DNA from: Dimorphilus gyrociliatus
Lineage: Eukaryota > Animalia > Annelida
Assembly (NCBI GenBank): GCA_904063045.1
Contig: CAJFCJ010000006.1
Location: 806,001-870,000 of the forward strand
Length of the DNA stretch: 64,000 nucleotides
Direction: 5' to 3'
The translations under genes and the position numbers were made by a program. Of this stretch, positions 50,433 to 62,505 are shown piece by piece. The first letter of the stretch is position 1; each line of letters begins with the position of its first letter. The notes below the pieces were generated by a model, which was not told the origin of the DNA, searched no databases, and saw only the letters and a program-made list of their open reading frames with translations.

Positions 50433-53400
50433 TTATTCGCTCTTTATGCTGCCAGATTTCGGTCTCGGTATCATTGCAATGAGTCTAGGTCTTGCAGTTA
50501 TATTGAATTCTCTTGAAAAAGCTTCCTGAAGAATATTAGAAAGCGTATTTTCCAAAATCTTTTCAACCGTTGTTGTCTCATTATTTTCCCTAGAAAGATA
50601 AAGTTATTGTAGCATTACTTATTACATGAGTGGAATCATACCTGTTAGAGGCAGGCTTTGATTGCTTTCTTTCCTCCACTGGACTTGAATTATATGACGG
50701 TTCCGATATAGGTGAACTGACGGCTATAGGTGAATTTAATGGCGAACCTGGTACAACTTCCTGTTCTTCCAAGTCAATTTCTATTGGTGAAGATTCAGTA
50801 TCTATCGTGGCTCCCTTAATTTGTTGAAAATACGGAATAGGTTCGTTACGTATAGACAATACGGCCTCTTTAAATGTTGATTCATCCAGTAAAGATCTAT
50901 GATTGATTGAAAAAGAAAATGTTCTGTAAGGATTTTTCTAGATTAAATCCTATAAAAACAAACTTTATTATTGTTCCCAAAGTCAAAGCGGTCATATCAA
51001 ATTCTTCTTGATTGCAGACGGTTTCTCCTTCGGCTTCATACACTTCTTGAATTTCCGCAGTATTTAGTTCTCTATATTATAGAATAGAGTATAATTTATA
51101 ACTTTTATCAATAGGTTAATTAAAGTACGGTTACTTGTTAATAAAGTGAGAGGCATATTGATCTGGGAAATTTTCCAAAAATGTATTTATTTGATGAGAA
51201 CGACCAGTTATTGTTAGATGCTATTTAAAATGTAGACAATTATCAGTATATTATATTCCGCCAAATAAAGCTTTTTACTACCTGAATAAACGGTTTTGGA
51301 GCCTGTGGCATGACCCAATAGAGGCGTTCGAACACTTCGTTCTCCCGTCGTAATTTTTCCAACGTAGCTAAATCAGAAGATTTAATAGGAGGAAGAGTTC
51401 TATATTTTGAGAATTCCGGAGCTGTTGGCTCTTTTCCGCAACGGGATAATAAGCGGTTAGGAGATGATTTCTGCAACAATTATCATTTATGATTGTTATT
51501 TATAATAAAACAATTTTATTAGCATTTACTAACCCCATCTGATATTATGGTTGGACTTGGGCTCACCGTAGGACTAACTGGCAACAGTTTGTCAGCATAT
51601 AAGTTATCCTCTGTAATAACAAACTGAACTTTTTGTCGTTCGTATTCACTTTGCCATGATTCTAACTCTGCTTTATATTTGGAGACAATCGTCATATTGT
51701 GAACCTAATGAAATTGTATATAAAGCTTTTTCATAAACTAATTTTTCTAATTAATCCCTAATTTACCTCGCACACTAAGTCAATATCATAGAATGTAGCT
51801 TCACCGACTGTGGTTAGAACAATTTTGCAAAGAATTGATTCATTAGGCTGTAAGAATCCACTATTCGGTTCAACTGCAATTATCTAAAAGAAACAATTCT
51901 TGAGGGTATAATGTATATTTGCGTGAACGATAAAAGCCATACCTGGTTGTGGACTTCATTTGCGACATTCCAACTAAAGGATATTGGATGAGAGTCACTT
52001 TTGTTTGTCATAGCGACAGTTCGTCTTACAACGGCGAATAGAGGTATATCTCCAAAACTAATTTTCTCTTCCGATAAAAAGCAAAGCTGACCTCTTTCTG
52101 GTATGTTTTGTTTTGGAGGAACCCCGGGAGCATCGTTCGGTTCATTTGTAACCAGACCTTCTATTCCATCTCTCTTGTCATAGCCGATTCCAATAAAAGT
52201 AATTAAAGATGTATCACCATTATGAATATGAATTGGTACATCGACCGTATATGTTTTAGCTTCCAAAGGTGAGAATTTCCATTCGACGGCAAAGTTTTGT
52301 TGAGGTTTAATCTCACCCCTGGTTGTAAGGCATTCGAATACAGCATGATCAAAATTCTCTGACTGTAAACTGTGCAACTGTGTACAATCTATTTCAAAAC
52401 GGACTGGTCTTGAACCACCATTATACAATTGATACATTTGTTTAGGAGGAGATTCATCTCCAACAGCAACTGGTGCAAACAAAAATTTATTTGATGGAAA
52501 ATGAACGTAGGTTGCATCTTCTTCAACGGTTACTCCAACGAAATTTAACTATTAATAATGTATATAAGCTTAATTGCTTTCAAATGATACAGTTTATTAA
52601 ACTTACTAGAATTTCTCTTCCCTTAGCGATTTTTAATAAAACTGGTAATTTATCGATGCCGGATAGATCGTGTAAGTATCTTAAAACAATTGATCTTGTT
52701 TGACCAGCTTCAAGGCATCCTTTTTGCGGTTGGATAGAAAAGAGTTTGTTGTCCATAACTTTTAACTGTATTGGAGAATAAAATCTTTTATTAATGATAA
52801 AAAGGTAATTTATACTGGAAAAAATATCAAAAGGGAAACTAATAAATCAATCTCTTCTTTTACAGATGTTGGATGTCTAAAATTAACGGATTTCTATCAC
52901 TGGTAAACCACAACAACAACATGCGTGATCGAAATTAAGATGAGACTGAACCTGATTAAATTGTTCCTTAATTGGCAGCTTGAATAATATTTAATAAATA
53001 GTTTATACCATTGATAAGAAATATTACAATATATAGGTGTATAGCTCTTTCTTTTCATTGTATATCTACTGTGAAAGATCGAGTAGATTGCACAATAAAG
53101 AACGAATATTTATACAACGCTGTTTACTAAAATTAACAATTTATTATCAACTACCTCTTGCATTTCTTCTTCGCTAAACTCTCCAGTTTCGGCCCAATAT
53201 TCCAGTTCCATTTGTAAGTCTGTCGGAAAGAGAAATTCCCAATCACATGGTACGACGCCATTGTTTTCCAATACTAAATTCACTTCAAAAGGTTGACTGC
53301 CTACAGGAGCGGCGGAAAAGTTAAAATCAACGATAGACCTAGTGTAAACTGGGGGTCGTCTGCGATAGCTTTGCCTCGTTGCCCTATTATACATTAATTC

Positions 53401-56400
53401 TGCTTGTTGAGGATCACAGTTTAATGACTTATTAAGTTTATCCAAGTTAAATAGAGTCCATAATTGTTTCTTTCCAATAGATTTACCACAACCTCCAGAT
53501 CTAGCATCAATAATTTCTAAAGTAGGAAATACGCCACTGCCCATAATTTGACACAGGGGTTCAGTTTCTATCACATCTGTAACGCAATAAAAACGATCAT
53601 ATTCTTGCATATAGAATTAAGTTCTATCGCTTTTTGAATACCTGAATCCATAATTATTTTGTACAGCAATTTGAATTGATAGCTCATTCGTTGACTTGGT
53701 CTCATTACCAATTGAATTTTTTTAGCTGATTTTGCAGGTAGAATACCTGATTGATCTTCCGTGATAAAAATGCATGTCTCAGTGGCATTTTCATCATCTA
53801 CCACCAGCGACAGTTCATAATGCAGTGGACAAGCAGCAGTATTACGGATGGAAACGTACTTGTAAGATGATGTATTTACTATTATCGTACCGAAATCAAT
53901 ATAGCTGCTATCAGACTATTTGAATAGAAAATTTTAAGTATAATGATATATTTTGTAAAGAATTTAAATAGTACCTGTATTTTTCCAATATTTCCTTCTC
54001 CAACAACTCGAACAGGAAACTCTCTTTTTCTTCCACCAGAAGTTTTCCCGCTTTGTCCTTGACCCCAAATAATGATACTGGGTTTAAGTAAAAATTTACC
54101 AGACGTGGAAGGTTTAAACGTAAACTCGTGATGCTGGGATATAAAATAATTAAAGAAATTATGGTTTTTGTATATTAATTTATACCTGTTGCTCTCCAGG
54201 AAGGATAACTCCATTAGCAGGTTCAATTTTCAGTGTCTCGATATCTTCAGAGTTTATTTTCCATTTGAAAGCCATTGGGAGTCTACTTGTATTCGTGACA
54301 GTAAACGATGATTTACTCTCAGTTCCCAAGCAAGTAGGTTTAAAATAAACGTAGGCGTCATTTTCCAATGAAATATCAGCTTTTTCCGCCGAACCAAAAC
54401 ATGATATGTCCTGTGAAAAATTAATAAATAAATACAATATTCTTATAATGAAAATTGGAAAACTGCAAATAAATTACAAACCACTTTATTTTTTTCCGAT
54501 TCATTTAGAATGAAAGATATATTTTCCTTAAATCTGCCAACTTCTTTAGGTTTGCAGTTGACAAGAAATATTTGATAACCTTTCAGAAGATATGCAGCTG
54601 ACGGAATAACTGAGAAGATGCTGAAATTTATAGAAAGTTGCAATTCAATGTCAAATATTTGTCTATTAAACGAACCCTTTATCTACAGCATTAATCATTA
54701 GAGCTTGACTACTTTCATTATAGAAAGAGAATGTTCTAAATGTCTCTTCTCCTTGATTGCAAGCCGGAAAAACAATATTAGTTGGATTAAACGAAATTTT
54801 CGGAATAAAGATTTCCTGATTTACTGGAAAAGTGTGACCTACAACAGAAAATAATGAAATCATTCTATCATTATGTGAAAGTATTTTTGTCAACCTGATA
54901 CTCTAAATGTTAGGTTCAAAGGAAGAAAATGGCTGATGCTCTGCACCATCCTGTAATCTCTCAGACTTTTATAAAAAGCATAGCCTTCTAACTTGCCACC
55001 GTAAAGAGTACCCATATCAGTCTAAATGAAAAGATTATATTAATACTCTCTTACTACTTATCGAAAATAAATTGAATTTGTAAAGCCTTACCGGTTTAAA
55101 AGTGACCCTGAACGAAAAGGACTTTAGGGGTGGGATATCGGCAACCTTAGGACTAATAACGAATGGTTTTTCATCATCTATAAATAATAAAAATATTATG
55201 GTGTATTTAAAAACTACGTTTGTCTTATTTGATTGCTTAGATTTACCTGTAACCCAACAAACTGTCATTTTTCCTTTTGTTTTATTTGTCAAATTTAAAG
55301 TTTGTTGTTCAAGATTCTTTAAATTTGTTACTCTTTGAAAGTCCATGTAGCATCCATCCATGGCAATGTGATCGTCATTTTCTTTGTTCATCTGAAAGTA
55401 ATCTTCATAAGGGTCCTTACATGCTGGTAAGGCCGAAGCACTCTCAGGGCTCTAAGGTAAAGAAGATAATTAAATACTCTCTGAAAATAATATTATTTAT
55501 TAGCCAATAACCTTTCTCGGATCACTTATAAATCCTTCAGAGTCAATATTTAACGTTTTTTCCTCTAACATCTTATTTATTTCTTCAGGAGGAATAGTGG
55601 TAAATCCTCTCTCTTTATGCACACGGAATTTTTTAACATGCGCTTTAAGCAAAACAGCTGGCTTTTCTACATCCGAATGACATGTTCCAATCAAATCGAT
55701 GAAAAGAGGAGGGTGATTATGTATCAAGCAAGCAACCCTCTTGTGAAAATTTATATTAAATTTCGGTTCAAACTTCAAAGTAACGTTAGTTCTTGACATT
55801 TCTAAAAGTTGGCCACATGATGGTGTAATTTGGAAAACACTATTATCATTGTCGTTATCAAACTATGCAAATAAGAAACATATATTAAATTTATTAAACA
55901 TTCTTACATTTTAGTTTGTAAAGAAAGACAAACCTGAAAGACAGCTGATTGCTTTGAATCATTCACAATTTCAATAACTACAGAAGAAGAAGTACCCTCA
56001 TCAATTTGACCAAAACTAACAATTTCGCTTGTTAAATAAACTGTAGGTCCTGTGTTTATATGATTAAATTTATATCTTTACATGTATTACAATATTTTCA
56101 ATCAGTTACCTATAGATTTTCCAATACACTTTAAATAGCTTTTGGAAGTTTCGCTAATAGTACTTATTTCAAAATAATCAGTATGTTGATAACCAACACA
56201 ACTTGATTGATAGTAGACCTATAGAAAAGTAAATAAACTCTTTTTATGTTTGTAGTATTTTAGATGAAACTTACAGGCAATCTCAGAGAACTTGCAGGTG
56301 GAACAAGGCCTGATTTTTGTTTAACAAAGAAAACTCTATCAACACTGTTTAGAGTCGGTTGAGTAATTTTAAACGGACAAGCAACCTAAAAATTGTAGAA

Positions 56401-57538
56401 TTTTCGAATATATTTACTCATATACTGTAAATACTTATATATATTTCCAAAAGTACCTACCGGTGAATGATTTAAGAGTTCAATACATCTTTCTACGCAT
56501 ATATCTGAGTTTGTTTGACCAAAATCTAGTAGCTTTTCACCAAATTTCAGACTATGATCTTGACAAACTGCTTCACTAGTAGGCGTTGTTACTTCGGCCG
56601 GATCCATCAATTCGGGAACAGAAATAACAAGATGTGGATATTTACCTAATAAAATTATATATATATGTAAATGATCGAAAAACGATTTAAAACAGATTAA
56701 ACGAACCAACTCCTAACAGATTTATTGTTAATTCATATTGATAGTCGTTGCCATAGGTAAGAATAGCAGTTCCACTATATCTTTTTGCTTCCATTGGAGT
56801 AAAAGCAATGTTAATCTCAATATCGTCCCCACTCTTGGCCTTTCCTTCCAAAACTCCGTTAACTTGATCCAAGTAAAATGGCTCCGGACATTGCAATTTA
56901 AAAGGAGTTACTAATGTACTAAGAAAGTAATTTCCTGTTAGTTAAGAATTTATATAAATCTATAAAAGTATTTTTACCTCAAGTTTTTTAAAACAAAGCT
57001 GGAATTTATACAGTCCTTGGCTGCACACATCTCCATGTCTATTATTTCTGGTGCTTCAATAGCATATGAAGGCAAAGTCCCAGATATTTTAACGTCAAAG
57101 ACAAAACCATCCTAAAAATACAAATCAAACTATGTTCTAACACAATTCACGTTCTTTTGTTTATTTCTTCGATTATTCTTACCTCTAGCTTGAAAGAGAT
57201 GGAGTCTTCGTAAACAACTCTTTCAAGAGGTCTAAATGTTATTGGTAGAGTGAATGTTGTACCAGCACTTATCTTTGTCGGCTTTGGGTAAATTGTAGTA
57301 AAGAATCGACTTCTAGGATTACTATAAATACGATTCAACTTAAGAATACATTCCAATATTCTTAAAAAACAAACCTATATTTTAATTTTTGAGTTTTTAT
57401 TTGCACATTTTTCAGAGTAATATTTTTTGTATACTCTCTGCCTGGTTGCCAATCTGTAAATTCAATTGCTTCAGTTACTTCCAAGCCATGAATTCGGAAT
57501 TTTCCTTTTGGTATTGGAGGTTCTATTAGTCCTGGCAT
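50433..57538 (-). CDS. CFAP65: Cilia- and flagella-associated protein 65 (tandem ASH/Ig-like domains), many exons
   Basis: GLEVTEAIEFTDWQPGREYTKNITLKN, FFTTIYPKPTKISAGTTFTLPITFRPLE, LIGTCHS, DFNFSAAP, LQMELEYWAE, WKFSPLEAKTYTVDVPI, and C-terminal LENTLSNILQEA..EFNITARPRLIA. Confidence 0.9.
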
Positions 57539-57733
57539 TTTTAAAGTGCTAAAATATGAGCGATAATAAAAACTTTGATATTTCCACTTAAATCTGACAG
57601 TTTATTCCAAGTTTTTTGTCTCAAAGATCTATATATTAATTTTCTAATTAATTTCCGAATTAAAGTACTCAAAAAGACAATCAAATTTCTTTATTTTTCT
57701 AAAAGTAGGGTAGTTTATAAAACTCTAGCGACA

Positions 57734-57747
57734 GTTGTCTTGGTTAC
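57734..57747. promoter_or_regulatory. RFX X-box-like site GTTGTCTTGGTTAC in the CFAP65/PRPF3 divergent promoter
   Basis: One mismatch to the RTHNYY-WT-RRNRAC consensus; about 200 bp upstream of the CFAP65 ATG. Confidence 0.5.
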
Positions 57748-58032
57748 AAGTTCTTCATATCGCTATATGGAGTGTCGTAAAACTGAGAATATTTCGGTCG
57801 TGTTTATCAGTTTTTGCCGAAAAATTGCGTTTTCCGTCAGAGTAATTTTATCAACTACTAAGTGAGTCGAAAGTTTTTGGATAATTAAATAAAATCATGA
57901 CTTTGATGCGTGCATATTATATGTAACAGAGCCATAAAAGTGTTAAAACGCTAAGAAATTTCTGTCATTTGTATAATTGTGAGCGATAATTCAGCCTTCT
58001 GCGTTTCAGCTCACCGACGATCATCTAGAAAG

Positions 58033-59904
58033 ATGTCATTTAATCAAACCGAGCCTGGTAGTAAAAGATTGAAAATGGAAGCAGCAGTACCCAATCCTGA
58101 GAAAAGATTACCAACTGAACCTCCGGCTGGTATTCCAATGCAACTAGATCCATATCGTATAAAAGAAATGATGGCACAAGCTAAGCAGCAAATTGCTCAG
58201 AGAAAATCTCAACTAAACATAAATAACTTAAATACAGGACAAAATAAGCAGAGCACCAGAGCAACAGAGTTACAAGCTAAAATTGCTGAAAAAATGAATG
58301 CCCTGGTTAACTCGGGAGATATTGTTTTAAATACAAGGTAAACATAATACTATACTGTGACTATAAATATCAAAATTGTCCTTTTGTAAATGAATACTTT
58401 ATTATTACTTTAATTTTTAATTTAAAATTATTTAATAATATCTGAATTTAAGAGAAACGAATCAGCATGCTATTCAGTATATGCTTTTCTATTGCTCCTA
58501 TTTTAGTCAAGTGTTAGTAAAATGTTTTAAAGTCTATTTTACTTTCTATTAGGCCTTCAACGAAACTAATTCTTGATGCCGAAGGAAGAACTATAGACCT
58601 GAATACGGGAGCTTTAGTTCAATTGAATCAGGCTGCTCCTACAGTTAAAGCTAACATAAGAGTAAATAAAAAGAAAGAAGTTCCTGAAGATCGAAAGAAA
58701 AAAGCGTTTTCCCCTAGCCCAGCTCCCAGTCCTCTTCCTACAGAGGCTAAATTTACTGATCCTCGACTTGCTATAAAACCAGCAAATCGTATAAAAAGAA
58801 GCTTCAAATTTCACGAACAAGGAAAATTTGTGAAAGAAGCTCAAAAAGCTAGGGCAAAAGCCCAATTAGAACGTTTACAAAGTGATATTTCTCAAACTGC
58901 CCAAAAAACAGGCATAGCATCTGCCGCGAAGTTGGCTGTCATTCAACCAAGAGTAGTTCAAAGTACTGCTGTTCCAGATATAGAATGGTGGGATAGTTTA
59001 GTAATACAGAAAGAAGAGTATCCGGAATCTTTGGATGACCTTTCAATCAATGATACCCTTACACGATTAGTAGAGCATCCAATTCAAGCAGAGCCTCCTA
59101 CAGCTCCATTGGAGGAAACCCCTATTAAGTTATTTTTAACAACCAAAGAACGAAGAAAGTTAAGACGACAAACTAGAATGGAAGCTCAAAAAGAGTTACA
59201 AGAAAAAGTAAGATTAGGATTATTACCACCTCCAGAACCAAAAGTTCGGTTAGCCAACTTAATGAGAGTTTTGGGAACTGAAGCTGTCCAGGATCCGACT
59301 AAAGTAGAAGCCCATGTAAGAGCACAAATGGCAAAGAGAGTACGACAACATGAAGAAAATAATGCCGCAAGAAAACTGACACCTGACCAAAGAAGGGATA
59401 AGAAAATTAGGAAGCTGCAAGAGGATACAAGTTTAGGTGTTCAAGTGGCAATATATCGAGTGAAAAAGCTCAACAATCCTGCCCATAAATTCAAGGTTAT
59501 CTATCATTGTTTTTTTGATTAATTGTTCTTAGTACTTACATAATATTACTTTTTTCTCATAGGTTGAAACCAACGCTCGTCAATATATGATGACCGGAAT
59601 TGTTCTTTTACATCATGAGTGTAATGTAGTTATTGTTGAAGGAGGCCCTAAACAGCAAAATAAATATAAAAGACTAATGCTTCATAGAATTAAATGGAGT
59701 CAGGATGAGGATGAAGAGGAAGAGAAGAGAAACGGATGTCGTTTAGTTTGGGAAGGCACAAGCACAAATAGAAATTTCGGAGATGTTACTTTCAAACTCT
59801 GTTCTACAGAAAACGTTGCAAGAGAAACGCTAAAGAAAAAGGGAGTTGAATACTATTGGGATCTAGCCTACTCCGGCGCTGTTCTAGAACAAACGACTAC
59901 ATAA
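58033..59904 (+). CDS. PRPF3: U4/U6 snRNP protein Prp3, 3 exons
   Basis: [56 protein letters not shown], and [21 protein letters not shown]. Confidence 0.97.
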
Positions 59905-60379
59905 AATAACATGTTTAACAAATTTTTTGGAATTTTATATACCAAGAATTGTATAATTAGCTTATACCTAATGACTCATTTGCATATAAAGTTGTCGTAG
60001 TCGATATCAGTTCTCTTCTATAGAATAAAGAGTAATTTCTAAAATTGTTCAAGACGTATGAATACTTTTAATATTATAGAACTCCAACTTAGGAATAGGC
60101 TTGTTGTTTTCCAATTAAACATTGCGCCCACATTCTAATTCCTCTTTACGTGTATGCATATTTTTCTCTTAACCAATTAATCCTTCAGTATTATATGACA
60201 AAACGGAAAGTTTTACTTAAACTTTTGTCAAGAATACTTAATTATAAAGTACCTGATTATAGCTAGTAGTATTAGCTGTCGTAAAAGAAATAAAATCATA
60301 CAAAAATCGATTCGACATAACGTATTGTAATCGCCATTCAACTTTGTACAAACAAAAGTTTTATAGCTCTTCAGACAAA

Positions 60380-61042
60380 ATGCAGACTTCGGGTGACGAA
60401 CGTCTAAGCGCAGAGTTCGTTGTGACCTATTCAGTATTAACTTTCTTCCTTCTCCTTGTTTTTGCCCTTTCCTTCCTTCATTATCATATAGAAAATAGAG
60501 AAAAATATCAACGTCGAAGAGAACGGATAGAAGCTCTCAAAGATGATACTAATGAAAGCGAAAACTTTTGTGGCGTAAATAGGGCAACATCTCTAAAACC
60601 ATTCGTACGGACTAGAATGTCAATGCTATATAATAAAATTGATGTGAAGCCAATCGTAACACACTTCGCTTTAGGTTTTCACGAGGATTTATCAGTTAGC
60701 AATTGGAGTAAAATAATTAAATCTCCTATGGGTCGAAAGAGGTAATAAATGCTTTAATTAAGTAAAATTAATAGTAAAAAACAGAAGTTCAACAGAAAGA
60801 AGTCTCGATGGGCCTATGCTACAGGTTTCGCAAAAGACAATTATAAATCTTTTAAGTATTCATCGAATGAGTCTTCATCAGACAAGACTGACTCCGATCA
60901 TTTTTCATCAGAAATTGAGGATTGTGCTCATAGTAGTCAAACTCGAAAGGCAGTAAATAAACCAGCAGTCACCAAGACTAAAGCGAAAAGTCATATGGGT
61001 AGTCTAAGTGTTGGTGTTAGCGTATTGAACAATAGAGTTAAT
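60380..61042 (+). CDS. Orphan single-pass membrane protein, probably at least 2 coding exons (junction near 60695-60784 ambiguous)
   Basis: Hydrophobic segment FVVTYSVLTFFLLLVFALSFLHY, then a charged tail. A second 89-codon open frame (60776-61042) lies in the same frame after a stop-rich AT gap. Confidence 0.55.
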
Positions 61043-61603
61043 TCCAGTTAACCAATTCGCTTCAATATATAGTATTTATCTGCTAACAACTGCTATAAGC
61101 TGATTGCATTTTCACAAAATCAACACACAGGGCAGTTCTGTGTTTGAAAAAAATTCTAACATGTTTGTTCAATGGCAAGACCTCACTACTTATGTGGATT
61201 TTTTTCTACTGTATTTATTTTGTTGTGCTATTAAATGTCCTTAAGCAAATGTTCAACATATATTGCCCCTTTTTGTTAAAATTCCTTGAATCCAAATATA
61301 AAATATATACTGAACGTTTTATCTCAACCAATCGCATCCGGACAGTAGTGTAAACAAAACGTCTCATTCAAATTTATTTTTAGATTATCGATTGGATGCA
61401 GATAACAATTTGTTATAGTTGCTTGTTTGATTAGCTATCTCAAATGTATTTCGCAATAGGCTACTCATGTATTAGGTAGAAGATGAATAATTTCGCAAAA
61501 ATTCTACATCAACTCATTAGCAATAAAAGATGGAATTTAGGTTTACAAATAAAATGATAGGAATGAGTAAGCCTAGGCAAAAATATTTAGAAAAATGTAA
61601 GTT

Positions 61604-62325
61604 CTACAGGGTAACACTGGAACAATTTGCTACTTCTTGTGATTCTTTTAGAATGTTGAAAGCAGCTTTAAACTCTTCAGTTTCCGCTTCAGTTTCATTA
61701 CAGTTTTTCTGAAAATATAATAAATAGATAACAAATTTTTCAATACTATATAAATTAAAAGCAAACAAACTATATGCTTATGTAGATCCATCCAATAATT
61801 CCTTAATTTTGATTGGGTAACTGATTTGGTTTCCGAAGCTTCCGTTCTCAGTCTCTCCTGCACAGTAAAATTACTCATACGTGTCAGACATTTTAATATC
61901 TAATTACCTGCTGTCTTATTTCATGTTCCTCTGCTCCTTTATTTTGCATTTCTTCTAGTTTTTGCTGGAGCATTTCCTCCTCCTTTGCATAGTAAGATGT
62001 TTCCTTAGACATTCTGAAAATTACAATTATTCTAATTTTAGATAGTGAATGATTCATAAATGAATTACACAATCGTTTTCAATTATGTTATATTAGGCCT
62101 AAAACGATAGTTTTCTACAACTACGATAAGAATTATATTTAACACCGGTTGTATAAAGGTCTGTTAAAAAAGAGAATCATATTCTGACTCTTTTTTCAAG
62201 TTAAAGAAAGTTGGCATATTAAAATCATATGAAATCTATTTGATACATTTTCAGAAATTGAACCTTTTTAAAACTCCAGTGTTAATTTTTAGTTGTTTTA
62301 GTTTTCCAGTGTCTATTTCAGTCAT
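61604..62325 (-). CDS. TBCA: Tubulin-specific chaperone A (divergent), 4 exons
   Basis: KQLKINTGVLKR|MSKETSYYAKEEEMLQQKLEEM..EEHEIRQQ|..|..EAETEEFKAAFNIL matches the TBCA pattern LKIKTGVVKRL.KE..Y.KE. Confidence 0.82.
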
Positions 62326-62505
62326 CTTGAATTGCTTTTTAGATGTGTCACTTCGGTAGTCAAAAAATAAATAATTGGAGGCCTGTTCAAGTATTGCGGA
62401 AGCGGAAATTGTCGGTTTATAGTGGTGCCCTCTCGTAAGAGAAACACCAGAATATGATAAACAACGAGATTTAACGGGACTAACGTTGTACGCTAAAACC
62501 CAAGA

